Made by a program: the position numbers and the translations under genes
Source: a virus
Lineage: Duplodnaviria; Caudoviricetes
Length of the DNA stretch: 53,724 bases
Virus record (IMG/VR): IMGVR_UViG_3300035008_000006
Coordinates: 1-53,724 of that record
Direction: 5' to 3' (one strand)
In this document: piece after piece, positions 47,966-53,724 of the stretch
Layout: every line of letters begins with the position of its first letter
Numbering within the stretch: the stretch's first letter is position 1
The notes under the pieces: generated by a model
Database searches by the model: none
Told to the model about the DNA's origin: nothing
Seen by the model: the letters and a program-made list of their open reading frames with translations, nothing else

Positions 47966-48385
47966 ATGCTTGCACAGCTCGGCTCGGTGCAGATGGAGGT
48001 CTGGCCGCTCAACCTCACCGAAACCTCGCTCGACAGCGAAGCGACGTTTGCCGAAAAGTCCGTCATGGGCCGCCGGCCGCCGCTGGAGTTTGTAGGCCCT
48101 GGCGCAGAGACCCGGACCCTCAAATGCAAACTCTTTCCGGGCAAGTTCGGCGGGTTGTCGTCGCTGCAACGCCTGCAAGGGCAACAGGCCTCCGGCCTTC
48201 CGATGCCGTTCATGCGCGGCGACGGCACCGCGCTCGGCTGGTTCGTGATCGAGAAAATCAGCGAGCGCGCGAGCTATCTCGACCGCCATGGCGTCGGCCA
48301 GGTGATCGAGCTCGATGTCACGGTGAAACGGTCCGACCCGCCGCGTGGCGGCGCGATCTTTTCGATCATCGGATCCGTGAGATAG
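47966..48385 (+). CDS. P2 gpU-like tail protein
   Basis: MLAQLG..PLEFVGPG..GDG..LGWFVI. Confidence 0.88.
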   Translation: MLAQLGSVQMEVWPLNLTETSLDSEATFAEKSVMGRRPPLEFVGPGAETRTLKCKLFPGKFGGLSSLQRLQGQQASGLPMPFMRGDGTALGWFVIEKISERASYLDRHGVGQVIELDVTVKRSDPPRGGAIFSIIGSVR

Positions 48386-48389
48386 CTGC

Positions 48390-48626
48390 ATGGACATCGC
48401 CCGCGAAACCTTCACCGTCAGGTCCGACGGCATATCGGTCGACCTGATGATCTGGCAACGGTTCCGCCGTCCGATGCCGGGTCTGTTCGAACGCATCATG
48501 GCGCTCCCCGAGAACCAGCACCTCGAACATTGCGGCTTCGTCCTGCCATTAGGCGTAGCTATCACCATCCCGATCGAGCCGCCGCCACGAGAGCCCGAGC
48601 TGCCAGTCATCTCGCTGTGGGACTGA
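48390..48626 (+). CDS. tail protein X
   Basis: VDLMIW..N..L..GFVLPLG..ISLWD. Confidence 0.88.
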   Translation: MDIARETFTVRSDGISVDLMIWQRFRRPMPGLFERIMALPENQHLEHCGFVLPLGVAITIPIEPPPREPELPVISLWD

Positions 48627-48630
48627 GATC

Positions 48631-49638
48631 GTGAAGCGCGCGTTTTACCAGATCATGGTGTCCGGAGAGGACATCTCGTCGCGCTTCAACCCGCTTCTGA
48701 TCGACATTCGTATCAGTGACCGCGAAGGCACCCATTCCGACACCGCCTCGATCCGCCTCGATGACCGCGACGGCCGCATCGCCCTGCCCCGCACCGGCGC
48801 GCCGATCGCGATCATGCTCGGCTGGGAAGGTTTTGGCGCAGCTTCGGTGTTCGTCGGCGCCGTGGACGAGGTCAAATCGAGTGGCTCGCGCGGGGGCGGC
48901 CGCGAGCTCATGATCAGCGCCAAGGGCGTCGATACCGAGGGTACGTCGAAACAGCCGCAGCAAAAGCATATGGACAACAAGTCGGCAAAGGAAGCTCTGG
49001 AAGAAGCCGGACGCACCGCCGGCATCACCAGCATCAAGGTCGATCCGTCCTTTGCCGGTCACCGCCGCGACTGGTGGGGGTTGAATGAAGAAAGCTTCCT
49101 GCATTTCGGCGAGCGCCTGGCGCGGGAGCTCGGCGGCATCTTCAAGGTGCGCGGCACCGAGGCGATCCTGGCGGCTAAAGGCGCCGGCTCCGCCACCGGC
49201 CTTGCCATGGGCAGTGTTACCGGGCGTTACGGCGACGACCTGATCTCATGGGACATCAGCCCAACAATGGGGCGGCCGCGGCATCGGCGCGCACGAGCGC
49301 GCTGGTACGACCAGAAAGAGGCCAAGTGGAAGGATGTCGAGGTGGATATCCAGGACCAGGGCGCGCGCGCGACCATGGGCGACCGATTTTCGCGGGCCGA
49401 TCAGACTGAAGCGCAAGGCTCCGCCAATAACGGCGCAAAGGACGCGGAACGCGAAAAAGGCGGCGGCTCGGCCACGATCGACGGTAACGCCGCGGCCAAA
49501 CCGGGCGGCGTATTCATTCTAACGGGCACACGCCCCGGCATCGACGGCGCCTATCGGATCGAGGGCATCGAACACTCCTATTCCCGATCTGGCTGGACCA
49601 CGAAACTTGATCTGAAACAGCCACAAGCCGGCCAATAA
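48631..49638 (+). CDS. P2 gpD-like baseplate hub (late control D)
   Basis: DREG..SD..LDD, NEESF..LARE, IDGAYRIE..H. Confidence 0.88.
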   Translation: MKRAFYQIMVSGEDISSRFNPLLIDIRISDREGTHSDTASIRLDDRDGRIALPRTGAPIAIMLGWEGFGAASVFVGAVDEVKSSGSRGGGRELMISAKGVDTEGTSKQPQQKHMDNKSAKEALEEAGRTAGITSIKVDPSFAGHRRDWWGLNEESFLHFGERLARELGGIFKVRGTEAILAAKGAGSATGLAMGSVTGRYGDDLISWDISPTMGRPRHRRARARWYDQKEAKWKDVEVDIQDQGARATMGDRFSRADQTEAQGSANNGAKDAEREKGGGSATIDGNAAAKPGGVFILTGTRPGIDGAYRIEGIEHSYSRSGWTTKLDLKQPQAGQ

Positions 49639-49703
49639 ACAGCACCGCACGCGCTGAGACTGCCCCCCAAACCATCTGAAATGAACCGACGGAGACGCCT
49701 CGC

Positions 49704-49967
49704 ATGGACCTTCAATGGTGGATTGCCGTGATCGGCGTTCCAGTCGTTGGCGCGCTGTTCTGGCTTCGCTTTCACGACAGGGAAACCGTCGACAAGGGCC
49801 TGCGCGAGATCAAGGACGAGCTTGCCAACTACAAGCTTCTGGTTGCCACAAGCTTCGTCACCGCAACCAGCATGAAGGACCTCGAAGTCCGGATCATGAG
49901 CCACCTCGACAAGATCGAAAGAAAGATCGATCGGGTGATCGACCAGCGTCATCCGTCCGCCGACTAG
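49704..49967 (+). CDS. single-TM coiled-coil protein, holin candidate
   Basis: N-terminal hydrophobic helix; upstream of endolysin; GGAGA RBS. Confidence 0.55.
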   Translation: MDLQWWIAVIGVPVVGALFWLRFHDRETVDKGLREIKDELANYKLLVATSFVTATSMKDLEVRIMSHLDKIERKIDRVIDQRHPSAD

Positions 49968-50049
49968 CGCCAGACCTATTCGCCCTCTCAACCTCGGCCA
50001 CCTTTTCGGCGGTCGTTTTGATTCCGGGAGTGCCGCAGCGAGGCTTACG

Positions 50050-51264
50050 ATGAACATCTCCAAAGCTGCCTATGACTTGATCCTGAAAGAGGAGGTCTCG
50101 AGCCCGCGGATCTATGAGAAGAAGTATCGCGGCCCGATCTGGCCGGGCCATGCGTCCGGGGTCACGATCGGTATCGGCTACGACGTCGGTTACGTCACGG
50201 CAACCGAGCTGCGGCGTGAATGGCAGGGACGCATTCCGGACCCGATGATCGCGGCGCTCATTCCGTGCTGCGGTGTCACCGGGAAAGCTGCACAGGCCCT
50301 GGTTAGCCAGCTCCGGCGCGCAGGGTCGATAGACATTCCCTTTGAGGTCGCCAAGCAGCAATTCGACGAGGTGAAGCTACCGAAATTTGAGCGTCTGACG
50401 GCGCGCGCTCTGCCCAACACCGACCAGCTGCATCCCGACTGCTTCGGTGCCCTGGTTTCGCTCACGTTCAACCGCGGAACGTCGTATTCGGTCCCGACCT
50501 CCAGGGATCCGCACGGACGATACCGCGAGATGCGCGCTATCCGCGTAGCAATGGCGGCTGAGAACTTCCACCTGATCCCCGCGTGTTTTCGAGACATGAA
50601 GCGGCTCTGGCCCCGCTCTGGTATCGCCGCGCGGCGGGAGAACGAGGCCAAACTGTTCGAACGTGGGCTGAAGGCGCAGGTTGCGCCCCTGCTATCCGCG
50701 CCGCCAGAATTGGAACTGGAAACTCCGGGTGGCGTGCCTGCAAAGGTCACCACTGAAACGATCGCCCATGTGCAAAGCCGTCTGCGCGCGCTCGGATACT
50801 ACGAAGTGGGCGAAATCGACGGTGGCGAGAACGGGCTTGCCAAGACGCGAGCGACGATTCTGGCCTTCCGCAATGACAACGGGCTGCCAATAACGCCGGA
50901 CATCGATGATGAATTGCTGGTTGCGCTCGCAACCGCAACGCCGCGTCCGGTCGCCGCAAGTCGCGCCAATGCTACCGCGAAGGATCTGGCGCCGAAGGTG
51001 GAAGCCGTTGAGGCCGCTGGCAAGTCGAAGCTCGCTGCGATGTGGCTTGCCGCTACCTCGTTCGTAGGCGGTCTGATCAAGGGCGTCTTTGAACACCTCG
51101 AAACAGCAAAAGCCTACGTCGCGCCGGTTCAAGATTTTCTAGGCGACATTCCCTCCGAATATTACCTCGTCGGCGTCAGCCTCCTGGCGTTCTTTATCTG
51201 GCGCAGTGCTCAGCGCGCCGAGCAATCGACGGTGCAGGGCTACAACGAGGGTCGCATCCTATGA
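50050..51264 (+). CDS. endolysin: lysozyme-like domain, peptidoglycan-binding domain, C-terminal hydrophobic helices
   Basis: EE..WPG.ASGVTIGIGYD, GALVSLTFNRG, RRENEA; VQSRLRALGY..IDG..AFRNDNGL. Confidence 0.85.
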   Translation: MNISKAAYDLILKEEVSSPRIYEKKYRGPIWPGHASGVTIGIGYDVGYVTATELRREWQGRIPDPMIAALIPCCGVTGKAAQALVSQLRRAGSIDIPFEVAKQQFDEVKLPKFERLTARALPNTDQLHPDCFGALVSLTFNRGTSYSVPTSRDPHGRYREMRAIRVAMAAENFHLIPACFRDMKRLWPRSGIAARRENEAKLFERGLKAQVAPLLSAPPELELETPGGVPAKVTTETIAHVQSRLRALGYYEVGEIDGGENGLAKTRATILAFRNDNGLPITPDIDDELLVALATATPRPVAASRANATAKDLAPKVEAVEAAGKSKLAAMWLAATSFVGGLIKGVFEHLETAKAYVAPVQDFLGDIPSEYYLVGVSLLAFFIWRSAQRAEQSTVQGYNEGRIL

Positions 51265-51653
51265 TCGTGAAAGGCTTCATTTCCATGATTCCGGCCGCGG
51301 GCCCATGGCTTTCGATACTATTCGGCGTGCAGCCTCAGACCTTGAAGGTTGTCGGCATCCTCAGCGCGCTCATCATCGGCGGCATTGTCATCGATCGCCA
51401 CGCCACCTCTAAGGAGCGAGCCCGCTGGGTGGCCAGAGGCTATGAGACGACGATCAGAACGCTTTCAGCCGACCTTCATGCCGAGAAGTCGGCACGCGCA
51501 ACCGATCTGAAGACGATCGACGATCTAGAACGGCAGAAAGCGAAAGCAGAGAAGGCCAATGATGCACTCAAAGTCTACATTGACACGCTTCCGAAAGGCG
51601 ATCAGTGCATCGCTACTCCTCAGCGCTTGCGTCAGTTGCACAAAGCACGTTGA
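51261..51653 (+). CDS. Rz-like inner-membrane spanin
   Basis: N-terminal TM, coiled coil, C-terminal Cys; after endolysin. Confidence 0.65.
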   Translation: MIVKGFISMIPAAGPWLSILFGVQPQTLKVVGILSALIIGGIVIDRHATSKERARWVARGYETTIRTLSADLHAEKSARATDLKTIDDLERQKAKAEKANDALKVYIDTLPKGDQCIATPQRLRQLHKAR

Positions 51654-51858
51654 GACGCCTGCGCCGATCGCGCGCGATCTTCCGCAACAGCCTGCCTTCG
51701 CCCGCGCCGTTAACACGGCGGATATGCGGGCAGGCGAATCCTGCTGGGTGGCCTACGACCGCAAACGATCAGGCGAACGTCAAAATGCGTCGATCGTGGG
51801 CCGCTACAATGCGTGGTATGCAGATGTGCGTCGCAGTTATTCAGGTAAATCGGACTGA
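51559..51858 (+). CDS. Rz1-like lipoprotein spanin
   Basis: Overlaps Rz in another frame; RFRK..LLLSAC lipobox; Pro-rich region. Confidence 0.6.
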   Translation: MMHSKSTLTRFRKAISASLLLSACVSCTKHVETPAPIARDLPQQPAFARAVNTADMRAGESCWVAYDRKRSGERQNASIVGRYNAWYADVRRSYSGKSD

Positions 51859-52283
51859 GAACTTGTATCGCAGCTGGAAATCGTCAAGCAACGATCTCAT
51901 AGGTTCTAAAACTTGAGTCAGCACCCCAAACCGATGAATATGCCGCAATGGGCGCCAAGCTCAACCAGATCTTCGCGCATATTTGGGGGGACGTTGAACC
52001 GGTTTTGCTTGTAGGTTTGCTGGTCAAGGATAAAGCCGCGAGCGAATTCTTGCCGCGCAGTCGGGCAGAAAACGCAACATTAGAGCCTCGCCGCCCACGT
52101 GGCCAGAGCGCGCGGTTGCTGAGTTTCGAACGCCCGAAAGCGGCTTTGGCGGCAAAGTGCCTTGGCGCAAAGCGACCGCGATCTCAACTTCGGACGAGGG
52201 CGTTCGCGGCGAGCAGATGAATCGGCTATAAGGGAATCGGGACTTTGACGGCAACTCGTTTCCTCCCGGCCCGGGGGCCAGCC

Positions 52284-52547
52284 ATGAACCGATTTACCGG
52301 AAAGAACTCACGCATTGTGAAGCAAGCTCACGACTTTGCGGCAGTCCAGGTTGCCCGACTATGCCAAGAGCGGCATGTCAAAGTAGAAGACGCGTTGCCA
52401 TTCCTTGCCCGACAGATTTTGCGTCTACACCGTGAAGGCGAGCAAGATGCCCAGCGGTTGGCGAACCGGGCTATCAGTGCGCTTAGAGAGCACCTGCAAA
52501 TGCGGGCGTCGGCATTGCGCGTAGCGTATCGATCCGACCCTGAATGA
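52284..52547 (+). CDS. hypothetical protein
   Basis: LARQILRLHREGEQDAQRLANRAI; GGGGG upstream of ATG. Confidence 0.6.
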   Translation: MNRFTGKNSRIVKQAHDFAAVQVARLCQERHVKVEDALPFLARQILRLHREGEQDAQRLANRAISALREHLQMRASALRVAYRSDPE

Positions 52548-52964
52548 GCCGATTTTCAGATATTTGGAGAGTTGGCAACCACCTCTGTCTGTGGCGGTAG
52601 GTGAGGCTCTCCATGCATCTGATCTCTCCTGAGAAAAACCAGAACGGAAAAAGATTCGTACCGCCCTTCGCGCAGGTCGTGTCAACAGCAGGGCGTCTGG
52701 GGCGATTGTCCGGCCTGGCTTTTTTTGGCGGTGAGTTGCTCGATCCGATGTCCTGATTCGTCCGCACGGACTGCAACGCCAGTGAACACGACAAGCAAAC
52801 GTGCATCGCCGCGACTTGCCGGTTCCGCAGGGACCTCCAAAGCCTCCGCAGCAGCCTAAGGCGTCGAACCACCAGCAATAAAAAAGGTGAGTCTCGCATT
52901 GCTAAGAATCAGCGGCCCGTCCAGCAGGAGCGGCGGCGGCATAACAACCCAGTGCCCGAATCAG

Positions 52965-53013
52965 AAAGGCCGCCGCTCTCCTCCGACAGGTTGCGACGGC
53001 CTTTCCTTTTTTC
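52965..53013 (+). terminator. hairpin with U-tract; terminator or small RNA
   Basis: GAAAGGCCGCCGC..GCGACGGCCTTTC-CTTTTTT with CTCCTCC in the loop. Confidence 0.5.
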
Positions 53014-53244
53014 CCCGCGCGGCCTCCGCACGAGGAAATCCACCTCCTAACAGGCTAACGATCGTGAACTTAATGTCACGCAGATAATCGTAGTGCTGAC
53101 CGATATCGGCAAACCGTCGGCCGCATTTTTAACCGTAGGGCCTGTAAATGAAACCGGCATTCTTCATCGCAAGTCTTGGTGCCAATAGTGGGGCCTGCTC
53201 AACAGAGATAAGCTTCTGCGAGATTTGTCGTTCCCCGCATGCCT

Positions 53245-53724
53245 TCAATCGTCAGTCGCCAGCTTTCGATAGGTCACGTGAGCTGTGGCAAATGGTACAC
53301 CTGCCCTTCCAGCCGTTCCTCGAACGATGCAAACATGATCGTCAATCAGATAAAACCAGTCGTCGAAATTAAGCCTCGTGTCACCGTTTACAACTGGGAC
53401 ATCGCGCGTGTATTGCCAGTGAAACACAAACCCTGCTCTCTCGCCCTTAGCCGTTCCCACTAGCTTGGTCTCAGTGCCCTCATATTTCCCACCCTCAAGC
53501 GTTCGAATTTGCCAGTTGAGCGTCTGCTCGGTACCGTCGTCAAACTTCCACGTCTCGGTGAATTTGATTATTCGGTCAATGTAAGCACCCGATGCCCGAA
53601 TGGTGTACCGAGATTTGAGGCCGCCGAGCGGACCCTCAATTATGCCCCAGCCCTCTAATTCACCCGTAAGAAACTTTTCTGGGCGTAGCTCAGGCCTTTT
53701 GCCTTGGTAATCCTCGATGCCCAT
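53245..53724 (-). CDS. DUF3833 family protein; start at window edge
   Basis: LRPEKFLTG..GWG..FDDWFYL. Confidence 0.8.
   Translation of the reverse strand: MGIEDYQGKRPELRPEKFLTGELEGWGIIEGPLGGLKSRYTIRASGAYIDRIIKFTETWKFDDGTEQTLNWQIRTLEGGKYEGTETKLVGTAKGERAGFVFHWQYTRDVPVVNGDTRLNFDDWFYLIDDHVCIVRGTAGRAGVPFATAHVTYRKLATDD

Larger units (their letters stand above)
4856..51858. mobile_element. prophage with lambda-like head, P2-like contractile tail and serine recombinase; probably defective
   Basis: Contiguous integration, regulation, replication, packaging, head, tail and lysis modules; boundaries approximate. Confidence 0.92.

Noticed and set aside
4700-52300. attL/attR direct repeats
   Set aside because: No convincing shared sequence found by eye; serine recombinase cores can be very short
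1-53724. tRNA, rRNA or IS transposase genes
   Set aside because: None recognised by eye; tRNAscan and ISfinder not run

Overview
GC-rich alphaproteobacterial DNA (Bradyrhizobiaceae-like, inferred from gene content and regulatory motifs), mostly one near-complete ~47 kb prophage (~4.86-51.9 kb; att sites not found). Gene order: serine recombinase/DUF2924 module; ImmA/IrrE protease, XRE regulator and sigma-like protein; Sak4-like ATPase, SSB-like protein, nuclease, RecD-like helicase and Toprim-VapE primase; an inserted micro-protein island; an iteron-rich origin; RuvC; candidate lambda-type cos; ParB-methyltransferase; lambda-like head genes; P2-like contractile tail genes; lysis genes. The tail tube gene is frameshifted, so the phage may be defective. 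There are four host-like insertions: the micro-protein island, a membrane protein, a frameshifted GAF-HisKA_2 kinase with an EcfG-type promoter, and a ModA-fold binding protein inside a 200-bp duplication. The left flank has a TIR protein ending in an SSB-like DDEIPF tail, pseudogene debris and duplicated sRNA-like hairpins; the right flank has a DUF3833 gene. All family calls are by-eye motif recognition, with no database search.
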